Source: Patescibacteria group bacterium
GTDB lineage: Bacteria > Patescibacteriota > Patescibacteriia > Patescibacteriales > UBA12465
Length of the DNA stretch: 64,000 nt
Assembly: GCA_041650715.1 (NCBI GenBank)
Contig: JBAZKQ010000001.1
Location: forward strand, 587,146-651,145
Direction of reading: 5' to 3'
Positions 10,683 to 20,379 of the stretch are shown here, piece by piece. Under the pieces are notes generated by a model that was not told where the DNA came from, did not search any database, and saw only the letters and a list, made by a program, of their open reading frames with translations. The translations under genes and the position numbers were made by a program. Each line of letters opens with the position of its first letter. Position 1 is the stretch's first letter.

Positions 10683-12137
10683 TTATTTTATCTTGCTTAA
10701 ATCAAGCTCTTCCGTAATTTTTACCGAAGCGACAAATTCCGGCATATGGCTCACCATAATTAGGGCACCTTCATACTTATTAATCGCCTCAGCGATAACC
10801 GGGATATGACGGAAATTAATATGATTAGTCGGCTCGTCAAGAATGAGCAAACCGGGAGCCATTAAAACCAGGCGGGCAAAAGAGAGTAGCCCTTTCTGGC
10901 CTTCGGAGAGCGCTCCGATTTTGTGTCCCATCAAGTCCCCTGTAATTAAGAAGCCGGCGGCCACCGAACGCAAATCCTGTTCATCGAGCCCGTCAGCCAT
11001 AGCATTTTTTAAAGAGTCAAAAACCTTTTCGTCAAAATCAAGGGTGGAAAAATCTTGGCTATAATAGCCGACGTGCACACCCGCGCTAATTGTCTGGCCT
11101 TCCTGTTTACCGGAAACAAGCGAGCGTAAGAGCGTGCTCTTGCCTATTCCGTTCGGACCGATAACGAGCAGACGATCTTTCTTACGTAATGTTTTATTAA
11201 TATCTTTTAAAATCGGCTCATGATTAACGATTAGTTTTAATTTATGTAAAACGACAATATCGCCGGTAATGTCCTGCACCGGAATCGTGAAGTCGCGAAT
11301 AGTTCTATCTTCCTGGCGAACTTCGACTTTATTTTCTTCGAGGTCTTCGGTTTCATCTTTTAATTTCTTGGCGAGTTTGCGCATCTTGCCGCCTTTATGA
11401 GCGAAGAAATTAACTTTCTCTTTACGGTCTTTAATCTGCTTTTCGAGCTGGGCATTTTCGCGCTGTTCCCTTTCGACACGGCGGGATATTTCTTCGACGA
11501 CGGAATAATAATCGCCGACGTACATTTCCGTCTTATGGGTAAAATTATTTAAATAGACAACCCCTTCGGTAAAGCAATTCAAGAAATCGGCATCATGGGA
11601 AATAACCAAAACTGTTTTATCATACATCACCAAGAAAGTGATAAGATGATCAATCCCGGCCTTATCGAGATTATTCGTCGGCTCGTCCAATAATAAAATA
11701 TCCGGGTTTTGAATTAAGGAATAGGCGAGGAGGAGGCGCGCCTGCTGACCGCCGGATAATTTACCGACAATGCGGTCGAGCGGAATCGAAAAATTAACCG
11801 CTTCGAGCGCTTTGTTTATCCGGCTTTTAATATTACCCGGGACTTCGGCGAAGGCTTTAGAAAAATAAGCCTCGACCGTTAATTCCAGATCGCCTTGAGC
11901 TACGGTCTGACTCGCCGTGCCGATAGTCGCACCGTTCATTACCGATATCTGCCCGTCCTTCGGCACTAAATCTTTTTTTATCAAACCAAAAATCGTGCTT
12001 TTGCCGGCGCCGTTCTGGCCCATTAAGGTCATTTTTGCGCCCCGGCGCAAACTAAAACAAGCCTCGTCGAGAATCGGACGTTTATTTATATATTCGAATT
12101 TGACGTTATCAAATCTTAAGACTACTTCCTCTGCCAT
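10683..12137 (-). CDS. ABC-F family ATPase
   Basis: Two ABC domains (GQNGAGKST/LSGGQ/LLLDEPTN and GPNGIGKST/LSEGQ/LILDEPTN), coiled linker, no TM. Confidence 0.92.
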   Translation of the reverse strand: MAEEVVLRFDNVKFEYINKRPILDEACFSLRRGAKMTLMGQNGAGKSTIFGLIKKDLVPKDGQISVMNGATIGTASQTVAQGDLELTVEAYFSKAFAEVPGNIKSRINKALEAVNFSIPLDRIVGKLSGGQQARLLLAYSLIQNPDILLLDEPTNNLDKAGIDHLITFLVMYDKTVLVISHDADFLNCFTEGVVYLNNFTHKTEMYVGDYYSVVEEISRRVEREQRENAQLEKQIKDRKEKVNFFAHKGGKMRKLAKKLKDETEDLEENKVEVRQEDRTIRDFTIPVQDITGDIVVLHKLKLIVNHEPILKDINKTLRKKDRLLVIGPNGIGKSTLLRSLVSGKQEGQTISAGVHVGYYSQDFSTLDFDEKVFDSLKNAMADGLDEQDLRSVAAGFLITGDLMGHKIGALSEGQKGLLSFARLVLMAPGLLILDEPTNHINFRHIPVIAEAINKYEGALIMVSHMPEFVASVKITEELDLSKIK

Positions 12138-12153
12138 AGAATTTTTATATTAT

Positions 12154-13290
12154 TTAATACATCGCCGCCGCCACGACTTTGGCCGCTTCCTTATTAAAGG
12201 GGTCGGCTAAAATCAAGTCGGCTGTCGGTTCGCTAATAAGAGCTGCTAAATTTTCGGCCGCTCTAATTAACATCGCGTCAGTTATCTGCTTTATCTTATT
12301 ATCGAGTGCGCCACGGAATATTCCCGGGAACACCAAAACGTTATTAATTTGATTCGGATAATCGCTCCGGCCGCTCGCGACGATTAAAGCGCCGGCCGCC
12401 TTCGCCTCCTCCGGCATGATTTCCGGAACCGGGTTGGCCAACGCGAAAATTATCGGCTGAGCTTTCATAGTCTTAACCATGTCTCCGGTTAATATACCCG
12501 GCGCGCTCACACCGATAAAGATATCAGCGTCTTTAACCAGTTCAGATAGACTTCCTTTTTTAAGCTGGCGATTAGTAATAGCGGCTAAATCTTTTTTCGA
12601 GTCTGTTATGTCGGGCCGACCGGTATAAATCGCACCGGTACGGTCGCAGAGCGTAATATTTTTAAATCCGTAGGCCAACAAAAGCTTGGTTATGGCCGAA
12701 CCGGCGGCGCCGGAACCGTTAATTATAATTTCGACCTCTTCTTTTTTTGAACCGCGCACTTTAAGCGCGTTAATAAGCCCCGCTAAAACAACCGTGGCCG
12801 TCCCGTGCTGATCGTCATGCATGACCGGAATATCAAGCTCCGCTTTAAGGCGGTCTTCAATTTCAAAACAGCGTGGCGCGGAAATATCTTCAAGATTAAT
12901 ACCGCCGAATACCGGCGCTAAATATTTTACGGTTTTGATTATCTCTTCTGTGTCCTGAGTATCGAGGCAAATCGGAAAAGCGTCCACGCCGGCAAATTCT
13001 TTAAAAAGCACACATTTCCCTTCCATGACCGGGAGAGCCGCTTCGGCACCCAGATTGCCTAAACCGAGAATCGCACTCCCGTCCGTAATCACGGCGACGG
13101 TATTCCCTTTGAGCGTTAAAGCGCTTGTCTGGCTCTTATCTTTGGCAATCACGCGGCAAACTTCAGCCACGCCGGGCGTATAAGCCAAACTTAAATCTGC
13201 TTTATTGTTTACCGGTACCTTCGAGACGACTGCTAATTTACCCTGATGGGCGCGGTGCATGTCAACCGACTCTTGATAAACGTCTTTCAT
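12154..13290 (-). CDS. NAD(P)-dependent malic enzyme
   Basis: LSLAYTPGVA, PVMEGK, HDDQHGTA, FALANPVPE, PNQINN motifs. Confidence 0.95.
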   Translation of the reverse strand: MKDVYQESVDMHRAHQGKLAVVSKVPVNNKADLSLAYTPGVAEVCRVIAKDKSQTSALTLKGNTVAVITDGSAILGLGNLGAEAALPVMEGKCVLFKEFAGVDAFPICLDTQDTEEIIKTVKYLAPVFGGINLEDISAPRCFEIEDRLKAELDIPVMHDDQHGTATVVLAGLINALKVRGSKKEEVEIIINGSGAAGSAITKLLLAYGFKNITLCDRTGAIYTGRPDITDSKKDLAAITNRQLKKGSLSELVKDADIFIGVSAPGILTGDMVKTMKAQPIIFALANPVPEIMPEEAKAAGALIVASGRSDYPNQINNVLVFPGIFRGALDNKIKQITDAMLIRAAENLAALISEPTADLILADPFNKEAAKVVAAAMY

Positions 13291-13415
13291 AAATTTTATA
13301 TATTTTAGCCAAAATTTTTAATAATTAAATAAGTCCCAACTAAGAAATTATCATAACACATAATTTCATTTAAAAAAAGAGCTAAAAAGCTGGCCCGGGG
13401 CGACTTAGCGCCCAG

Positions 13416-13442
13416 CGAAAAAGCTGGCCTCAGGGGCCAGCT
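13416..13442 (-). terminator. Intrinsic terminator after the ABC-2 permease
   Basis: AGCTGGCC/GGCCAGCT stem followed by a T-tract on the minus strand. Confidence 0.6.
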
Positions 13443-13494
13443 AAAATCATATCATTATATAATCGCTATCTAATCGCTCTCAATTTAAATCTCT

Positions 13495-14241
13495 TTAAAT
13501 CTGAATTTTCGAGAAGGAATAGGCACCGACAGAAATAGCAATAAAAGATAAAACGAGCAAAGCCCCCAAATCCGTTAATAGACTAAACTGGCCGATACCG
13601 GCGAGAGCAAAGCGCAGGCCGTCAACGCCATAAGTTAGGGGATCAAAAAGGGCGATGTTTTTTAAAGTCGAGGGTGCGCTTGAAAGCGGGAAAATAGCGC
13701 CGGAAAGAAAAAAGAGAGGCATGATAAAAAAATTCACGATTAACTGGAAGCCCTGGAAATCTTTTAGGGCCGAGCCGATGGCCGTCCCGATGGCCGTAAA
13801 TAATAAAGCGATTAAAAACATAAACAAAACGGCGAGCGGTATCATGGCTAAACTATAAAAACGAAAACCGAAAATGAGCGCCAAGAGAATCACAATTATG
13901 CCCTGCGCCGTCGAAACAGTCGCTCCTCCCAAGGTGCGGCCAAGCATGATATTAAAGCGCGAAACCGGCGCCACCAGAGTTTCCTTTAAAAAACCGAATT
14001 GCCGATCAAAAATAATTTCCATGCCGGAAAAAACCGCCGAGAAAATTATACTCATCGCGACGACCCCCGGTGCTAAAAATTCTAAATAATTGCCCTGCCC
14101 CGCCTGCTGAAATACCGGTCCGAAGCCGAAGCCGAGCGCCACCAAAAAAAGTAAAGGTTGGCCGAGCGCCCCGACGATGCGCGACTTCGAGCGATAATAA
14201 CGTTTAATTTGTCGAATCCACAAGATATATATTGTCTGCAT
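13495..14241 (-). CDS. ABC-2 type transporter permease
   Basis: FDRQFGFLKETLVAPVSR and FFLSGAIFP motifs, six TM segments. Confidence 0.92.
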   Translation of the reverse strand: MQTIYILWIRQIKRYYRSKSRIVGALGQPLLFLVALGFGFGPVFQQAGQGNYLEFLAPGVVAMSIIFSAVFSGMEIIFDRQFGFLKETLVAPVSRFNIMLGRTLGGATVSTAQGIIVILLALIFGFRFYSLAMIPLAVLFMFLIALLFTAIGTAIGSALKDFQGFQLIVNFFIMPLFFLSGAIFPLSSAPSTLKNIALFDPLTYGVDGLRFALAGIGQFSLLTDLGALLVLSFIAISVGAYSFSKIQI

Positions 14242-14286
14242 ATTTTTTATTTAGAGCCCGCAATAAGACCGGGCCGCCGTAACACT

Positions 14287-15081
14287 TTAGCGGCGGCGCG
14301 CATTAACCATATTGCGCATATTTTCCATCGGACCGACTTCCTCGTCCCGAATCGTATGACCGGTCAGTTCAAGAAAGGCATCTTCTAAATTTGTTTTTTT
14401 AGTTTGGGTAATTAAATCCGCCGGCGTACCCGCGGCGACAATTTTGCCCGCATCGATCACCGCGACATAGTCCGCGCTTTTTTCCGCTTCTTCGATATAA
14501 TGCGTCGTGAAAAAAACTGTCAGGCCCTGTTCCTGATTAAGCTTCTTAACATAGGACCAAATATGATTGCGTGTCTGGGGGTCGAGCCCTTGCGTCGGTT
14601 CGTCTAAAAATAAAACCTGCGGCTTATGTAAGAATCCGCGCGCAATTTCGAGGCGGCGCTTCATGCCGCCGGAAAAAGTTTTGACGAATTTATCCTGCCG
14701 CTCCCAAAGCTCGACAAATTCGAGCAGACTTTTTATTTTTTCTTTTAAGTCCGACCGATCAAGCCCGTAGAGCCGCGCATGGATTTCCATATTTTCGTAA
14801 GCCGTTAGCTCATCATCAAGGCTCGGATCCTGAAAAACAATGCCTAAGCAGTTACGAATTTTATTTTGGTCATGCTCAATATCATAGCCGGCGATTTTTA
14901 TGGTCCCGCTACTTTTCGCAAGCAGAGTCGTCATTATTTTTATGGTCGTGCTTTTACCGGCCCCGTTCGGCCCGAGAAAAGCGAAAATCTGGCCACGCGG
15001 AATCGTGAAGCTGATATCGTTAACGGCACTAAAATCACCGAATTTTTTTACTAAATTTTTGACTTCAATTATATTGTCCAT
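14287..15081 (-). CDS. ABC transporter ATP-binding protein (DrrA-like)
   Basis: GPNGAGKST, FSGGM, FLDEPT motifs; adjacent to the permease. Confidence 0.93.
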   Translation of the reverse strand: MDNIIEVKNLVKKFGDFSAVNDISFTIPRGQIFAFLGPNGAGKSTTIKIMTTLLAKSSGTIKIAGYDIEHDQNKIRNCLGIVFQDPSLDDELTAYENMEIHARLYGLDRSDLKEKIKSLLEFVELWERQDKFVKTFSGGMKRRLEIARGFLHKPQVLFLDEPTQGLDPQTRNHIWSYVKKLNQEQGLTVFFTTHYIEEAEKSADYVAVIDAGKIVAAGTPADLITQTKKTNLEDAFLELTGHTIRDEEVGPMENMRNMVNARRR

Positions 15082-15125
15082 ATTTGTCGATTACTCCATT
15101 AATACGCACCCCGAGCAATTAAATT

Positions 15126-17108
15126 TTAAGGAGTGAGCTCAAATTGAACCAAGCTGGAAGATGCATTCCAATCGGTAATAAACATTTTCCCGTCCGCTGC
15201 ATAAAACATCTCATTCGGAGTTATGTCCGGTGTTGAAAAAACTTCGGGTGCAGCCGTATCAAAGTTCTTATATCTGGTAATGGTATGGTTAATTCCTAAG
15301 ACATATAAATCATTATCTTTGACAAAGGTGCCATACGAGTTCGCTCCGCCCAAAGCAAAAGTTGAGGTCGCCATAGTACGCGTATCGACTTTATAGCCCA
15401 TCGGAGTCGCCGAACCGTCATCGGTGCCCATATAACACATGGCTCCCGTTTCATCCAGATAGCGGCAAGCCATATCATCCGTTAAATAACTATTTGTTCC
15501 CAGGCTAACGCTGGTATAAGTTAAGTCGGTCAGACTCACTTTCGCGAATCGATTCGGCGCGTCGAAAACGCTGGAAACATACATCTCGCTGCGACCGCTA
15601 TAATTTACCAGAGTAGCGGCGTGCGGATAATAAACTTTATTTGGGGCCGTTCCCCAACCGCGCTGCGCGACTAAAACCCCGTCCGATATTCTAATCTTAA
15701 AGAATTGCGCGGGATTATAATTAAAGGTCGCACCATAAATATAGGTGCCGTCGGTCACAATCGGCGGCGACCAACCCGTATATAGGGGGCCATTATATAA
15801 TATCTCCCAATCGGCAATATTATTCGGATTGATTCTGAGGATTGTCATTTTAAGCGGAGATACATAAGCAACCCCATCATAACAGCTCGCGTAGAGTTGA
15901 TCGTGGACAGAATCATAAATCAGATATTCGAGATTGGCATGACCGGTTAAAGTGACTGTTTGACTATCGGATAAATCATCGGGATTATTAAAAACCGTAA
16001 TCGTCGCCGGATCAGTCCGTCCGCCGATAAAAAATTTATTGCCGGCGCGCACTGTGCCATGCGGATTAGAAAATAAGCCTTTGGCGCTTTGATTAATTTT
16101 ATAATTTGACGAGACCGTAGCAAAATTACTATAGTCGCTTTTCCAAGCGGTTGCCTTAATGGTTGCGTCGGCGTTAACATAAATCGGACTGGAATATTTC
16201 GGGCTTAAGGTCCCCGGATCGGAGCCATCGGTCGTATAATAAATATCGGCATCTGCCGCCGGTGTACTCGTTAAAGTTACCGGCGTCCCAATCGTAGCGC
16301 TCTCGCCTACTTTTTGAAAATAAACCGGAATTAAGCTGGCGGCGGGAGAAAAAGAAACCGATAAGAGCGCATCGTTTTTCGGAGGCACTATAAGCGGCCG
16401 GCCACTCGAAGGCACAAAAGTAAAAGGATTAAAATATAGATTTTGACCGCAGGCAATCTTAATATTATCAATATTGGCCCCATTTACAACGCCCGAATTG
16501 GCGTTCAGATAGCAGTTCTGACCGGCTAATTTCGAAATTGCCGTCACTAAATAATTATCCCCAGTATTTAATTTCTTCGGAAAAGTAAAATTACTGTTAT
16601 CACCGTTATTAATCGTAATTCCGTCGCCGCCGTTATTTTGCAAAAGAACCGGGCCGCTAATGCCGGTAATATTTCCGCCGATTGAATATTGGCCGCTCAC
16701 TGGATTTATAACGGGGCTAAGGGCTGGACTTACAACCGGACTCGCGACTGGATTCGTGATGCTTGGAGACAGCGACTTATTTATAAAACCACGTGTCAGC
16801 GGGCCGAAGAATCCCGAAGCCGGCGAAATTTTATTTGCTTTCTGAAATTTAATCAGGGCCGCTTTAGTGGCGGGACCGAAATAATTAGTTTCCTGCCCTG
16901 GTGCGCCGACTCCGCTTAAAGCGACCGGAGTGCCCTGAGCATTCAAATACTTCTGTAATGCTTTAACGTCAGAATTAACATTACCGATTTTTAGATTATT
17001 GTTAAAATTAGCGGCCGCCTGCGCGGAAAAATTAGTGCCTAATAAACTTAGACTGAGTAAAACTAAACTAAAAAATCCGCTGAGTATTAATTTTTTGCTA
17101 TTATTCAT
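15126..17108 (-). CDS. Secreted protein with peptidoglycan-binding domain, FN3-associated domain and probable beta-propeller
   Basis: Signal peptide; DVKALQKYLN...YFGPATKAALIKFQ...GFFGPLTR; IYYTTDGSDP; beta-rich C-terminus. Confidence 0.75.
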   Translation of the reverse strand: MNNSKKLILSGFFSLVLLSLSLLGTNFSAQAAANFNNNLKIGNVNSDVKALQKYLNAQGTPVALSGVGAPGQETNYFGPATKAALIKFQKANKISPASGFFGPLTRGFINKSLSPSITNPVASPVVSPALSPVINPVSGQYSIGGNITGISGPVLLQNNGGDGITINNGDNSNFTFPKKLNTGDNYLVTAISKLAGQNCYLNANSGVVNGANIDNIKIACGQNLYFNPFTFVPSSGRPLIVPPKNDALLSVSFSPAASLIPVYFQKVGESATIGTPVTLTSTPAADADIYYTTDGSDPGTLSPKYSSPIYVNADATIKATAWKSDYSNFATVSSNYKINQSAKGLFSNPHGTVRAGNKFFIGGRTDPATITVFNNPDDLSDSQTVTLTGHANLEYLIYDSVHDQLYASCYDGVAYVSPLKMTILRINPNNIADWEILYNGPLYTGWSPPIVTDGTYIYGATFNYNPAQFFKIRISDGVLVAQRGWGTAPNKVYYPHAATLVNYSGRSEMYVSSVFDAPNRFAKVSLTDLTYTSVSLGTNSYLTDDMACRYLDETGAMCYMGTDDGSATPMGYKVDTRTMATSTFALGGANSYGTFVKDNDLYVLGINHTITRYKNFDTAAPEVFSTPDITPNEMFYAADGKMFITDWNASSSLVQFELTP

Positions 17109-17276
17109 ACGAAAAACTTGCCCCCCGGGCTTAAATTATATTATTTTCCCCATCCTAAATATTATAGCATAATTCGCGAATTTTATAATATTACAGTAAA
17201 ACCCGCACGTCCGAAGGAAAAATAAAAAAAGGAAGCCGGTTTAAGGACTCCCTATAGTATTCTGAAATGCATTTTT

Positions 17277-17654
17277 TCATTTATTGATAATTCTGGCTTC
17301 ATCAACCGCCACCTGATTTATTTGCTGAGAATCATCAGTTAAATAAAACAACACGGGTCTGTCACATCCAATTGTTGGGTAAAGTCTTAACTGGGCATAA
17401 GTTACATTCTTAAGGTATTTTTTGCTTGTTAAGATTTCGCCATCTTTTTCTTCAACCACGGTTGTTTCAACTTCAAAATTACCGCAATGAGGAAGAAATA
17501 AGCTTGCCTGCCATTTATTTTCAAGGGACTCTGCTCTCGCCTTATCACGTGTCCATCGACTTAAAAAAGCCATACAGACTACAAACGAAAGTACCACAAG
17601 CATAAATTGAATAAAACCCCAATAATACCTAAATCCGCGATTAGTTTTTTCCAT
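17277..17654 (-). CDS. Hypothetical membrane-anchored protein
   Basis: 125-aa ORF with an N-terminal TM segment, filling an intergenic gap. Confidence 0.55.
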   Translation of the reverse strand: MEKTNRGFRYYWGFIQFMLVVLSFVVCMAFLSRWTRDKARAESLENKWQASLFLPHCGNFEVETTVVEEKDGEILTSKKYLKNVTYAQLRLYPTIGCDRPVLFYLTDDSQQINQVAVDEARIINK

Positions 17655-17803
17655 GATTTCAATTATTTAAGATTAACAATATTGGATTAATTACTAAATC
17701 TACCTATGTTCAGATAAACTTGGTAATTAACCCAATTTAACCTTATTTTTGAAAGATCTATTTAACAAAAAAATATACCATCTTGGTATACTTTTGTCAA
17801 TAT

Positions 17804-17818
17804 GCGGAGAGGGTGGGA
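17804..17818 (-). repeat. Copy of tRNA-Ser(TGA) 3' end (att-like)
   Basis: GCGGAGAGGGTGGGA identical to 18596-18610. Confidence 0.8.
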
Positions 17819-17911
17819 CACACATGCAATAGCAATTGACAATTTACTTATATTATGATAATATGTCTATTCAACTATAATATTAACGAACTTTAAAAAA
17901 AGGAGGTTAAA

Positions 17912-18301
17912 GTGTGTGTATTTTGTAATTTAAATAAAGACCTGATTTTGCTTGAATCGAAATATACTGTCTTACTTGCTAATTATTTCCCACTAAGCGA
18001 TTTCAACCTATTAGCTATACCGAAAAGGCATGTTTATTCTATTACTGATTTATCTATTGAAGAATCGGCTGATATTATGCAAGTCATGGCTTTAGCGGTT
18101 AACAATATCAAAACAGCAATTAAACCAGAAGGGGTAAATATGTTTATCAACGAAGGCAAAATTGCCGGCCAAACAATACCGCATCTTCACTTTCACATAG
18201 TTGTCAGAAATACAAACGACAACTTAGAAAATTTTAAACGTAATGGTGAAAAAAAAGCTATTACAAAAGAAGATTTGGTATTAATTAAAACTATATTTTA
18301 A
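17912..18301 (+). CDS. HIT family nucleotide hydrolase
   Basis: CVFC N-terminus, AGQTIPHLHFH histidine triad; SD AGGAGGT at 17901-17907; TTGACA at 17836. Confidence 0.92.
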   Translation: MCVFCNLNKDLILLESKYTVLLANYFPLSDFNLLAIPKRHVYSITDLSIEESADIMQVMALAVNNIKTAIKPEGVNMFINEGKIAGQTIPHLHFHIVVRNTNDNLENFKRNGEKKAITKEDLVLIKTIF

Positions 18302-18357
18302 AAAGGAGTGAAAGCCCCTTTTTTTTATTTGCCTATTATTTTTACTTTTATCTATAA

Positions 18358-18383
18358 AAAAACAAGGCTTTCGCCTTGTTTTT
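18358..18383. terminator. Bidirectional hairpin terminator
   Basis: AAAAACAAGGC-TTTC-GCCTTGTTTTT. Confidence 0.7.
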
Positions 18384-18390
18384 CGTACTT

Positions 18391-18407
18391 GCGGAGAGGG
18401 TGGGATT
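18391..18407 (-). repeat. Copy of tRNA-Ser(TGA) 3' end (att-like)
   Basis: GCGGAGAGGGTGGGATT identical to 18596-18612. Confidence 0.8.
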
Positions 18408-18554
18408 TCCGCGCTCGCTTTTCTATCGAAAAGCTCACTTGTCCAGACCGGCCGCTAAGCGCTACGCTCGCTCGCGCTTATCGTCGCTCGTCCAATAGTC
18501 GGAGCTTGCGCTCCTCCTATTGCCTCGCTCGCCGCTTGTTCGAATCGCCTTGTT

Positions 18555-18595
18555 GTATAAAATAAAACAGCCAAATTGGCTGTTTTATTTTATAC
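18555..18595 (-). terminator. Long perfect hairpin directly after tRNA-Ser
   Basis: 19-bp inverted repeat GTATAAAATAAAACAGCCA-aat-TGGCTGTTTTATTTTATAC. Confidence 0.7.
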
Positions 18596-18596
18596 G

Positions 18597-18683
18597 CGGA
18601 GAGGGTGGGATTCGAACCCACGGTCGGCTTGCACCGACGACAGTTTTCAAGACTGTTCCATTCGACCGCTCTGGCACCTCTCC
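18597..18683 (-). tRNA. tRNA-Ser (anticodon TGA)
   Basis: GGAGAGG acceptor, anticodon arm ACAGT-CTTGAAA-ACTGT, long variable arm, GGTTCGAATCCC T-arm, G discriminator, CCA not encoded. Confidence 0.95.
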
Positions 18684-18705
18684 TGAGCGCTGTTTTTACC
18701 CTAAC

Positions 18706-18734
18706 ACTATAATAAATATTTCATTTTATGTCAA
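18706..18734 (-). promoter_or_regulatory. Sigma70 promoter of tRNA-Ser
   Basis: TTGACA-17-TATAGT on the minus strand. Confidence 0.65.
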
Positions 18735-18774
18735 AAAATGCTATCATATAGATATAATAATTTAATTAAATAAT

Positions 18775-19188
18775 ATGGCCCTTATCACTTGGACCGATGA
18801 GTTTTCCGTCGGTGTGGCGGAGCTTGACGAGCAGCATAAAAAATTAATTGCTATCATCAACGAGCTTTTCATCTTGTACTCGGAAAAGAAGTTCGAAAAA
18901 ATTGACGTCGAACCAATTTTTCATGCGCTCTTGGATTACTGCGACCAACATCTCGCGACCGAAGAATATTATTTCAACCTTTATAACTACCCGAAAAAAG
19001 ACCAACATATTGAGATGCATAATAATTACCGCACAAAAATTGCCGAGCTTAAGGTCGGCTACGATCAAGAAAATAGTGAAAAAACTTTATTTGCCATTAA
19101 TGAGTTTCTAAATGAATGGTGGGTCTGGCATATTAATAATGTCGATAAAGAATACACCGCTTATTTTAACGCCAACGGTTTAAAATAA
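18775..19188 (+). CDS. Bacteriohemerythrin
   Basis: WTDEFSVGVAELDEQHK, HLATEE, HIEMH, WHINNVD iron-ligand pattern. Confidence 0.93.
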   Translation: MALITWTDEFSVGVAELDEQHKKLIAIINELFILYSEKKFEKIDVEPIFHALLDYCDQHLATEEYYFNLYNYPKKDQHIEMHNNYRTKIAELKVGYDQENSEKTLFAINEFLNEWWVWHINNVDKEYTAYFNANGLK

Positions 19189-19290
19189 GCGGCTTAAATA
19201 GTTATTATCAAAAAACATATATCGCCATTAACATAAAAGACCCGACATGGGCCTTTTATGTTATATATTAATCGGAGCGCTGGCTCCGGC

Positions 19291-19728
19291 TTATTGCTTC
19301 ATGATAGCGACATCGCGTAAAACTTCCTCGGCGTGTTCGGCCGGCTTCACTTTTTCATAGACTTTAGCGATCTTCCCAGCCGGATCGATTAAATATGAAA
19401 TACGCCGCACCAAGCCGTTCGCGCCATATGCTTTTACGATTTTTTTATCGTTATCGGAGAGCAAAGTAAAGGGCAAACCGAATTTTTGCACAAATTTCTC
19501 ATGGCTCGCCACCGAGTCCGTACTTACGCCTAAAATAACCGTCTCCGTTTTCGTGAAATGCGGGTAGTTGTCTCGTAAAGCACAGGCTTCGGTGGTGCAG
19601 CCCGGAGTATTATCACGCGGATAAAAATACAATAGAACCCATTTACCCTGATAATCCGATAATTTATGCGTTATTCCGTTTTGGTCTGGCGCCACAATTT
19701 CTGGGGCGCTCGTTCCTGCTTTTAACAT
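19291..19728 (-). CDS. bcp: Peroxiredoxin Bcp/PrxQ
   Basis: YFYPRDNTPGCTTEAC motif. Confidence 0.93.
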   Translation of the reverse strand: MLKAGTSAPEIVAPDQNGITHKLSDYQGKWVLLYFYPRDNTPGCTTEACALRDNYPHFTKTETVILGVSTDSVASHEKFVQKFGLPFTLLSDNDKKIVKAYGANGLVRRISYLIDPAGKIAKVYEKVKPAEHAEEVLRDVAIMKQ

Positions 19729-19807
19729 ATATCAATAATTATTTTTCTTATAATCATATATACGCTTCGGGCCGAAAAAAAAGTTTAAAGATCAAATAAA
19801 ACTTTGA

Positions 19808-20314
19808 TTAAGCGAATATCCTGGCGAGCGCCAAGAAAATAAGAGCGGCGATGAGCCAAGTTAAATATGAAGTCGGCAAATATTTATCGCGGCCGATTTT
19901 AAGCCAATCTTTATGCCAAAAAATACTTCCCTTTGGCCCCTTGAGTAATTCCGTCCAGGAATGAAAATACCAATTGCAGATAAACCAAGTAAGATCGGCG
20001 AATAAGAGGGTCGTAAAAAAACTACCGATAACCAGAAAGATATTGCGCGTTCCAAATATATATTCGAGAATAAAAACCCCGCCAAAAACAAGATAGGATA
20101 GAATCAAATGATAATTTAGAGGCGGTTCAAGCTTAGTCGCCTTCGTCAGCACGTCGCCCAATTTTGTTCCCTTAAGAATTGACTTCGCATACCACTTATC
20201 TTTCGACCAGCCGCTGCCCCAACCATGGGACTTTTCAACCGAGATTTCAAAGAGGGCAAGCGGAATCGCAAAAAAAAGAATATTTAGTAGTGGATGCAAT
20301 AAATAAATAGACAT
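19808..20314 (-). CDS. Hypothetical membrane protein
   Basis: 168 aa with about four hydrophobic segments. Confidence 0.7.
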   Translation of the reverse strand: MSIYLLHPLLNILFFAIPLALFEISVEKSHGWGSGWSKDKWYAKSILKGTKLGDVLTKATKLEPPLNYHLILSYLVFGGVFILEYIFGTRNIFLVIGSFFTTLLFADLTWFICNWYFHSWTELLKGPKGSIFWHKDWLKIGRDKYLPTSYLTWLIAALIFLALARIFA

Positions 20315-20379
20315 AAAAAATTATTAATTATGCATATATTTTAGCATTGTTGCATAAAATCTGCCATAAAAAGAATAAA

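Noticed and set aside
13384-13442. AAAAAGCTGGCC direct repeat with GC-rich hairpins as a riboswitch
   Set aside because: Adequately explained as terminator hairpins after the ABC permease; no recognisable aptamer
18308-18765. ORFs 18308-18565 and 18520-18765
   Set aside because: They overlap terminators and the antisense strand of tRNA-Ser, with no protein motifs; the 25555-25770 ORF likewise just spans the other tRNA
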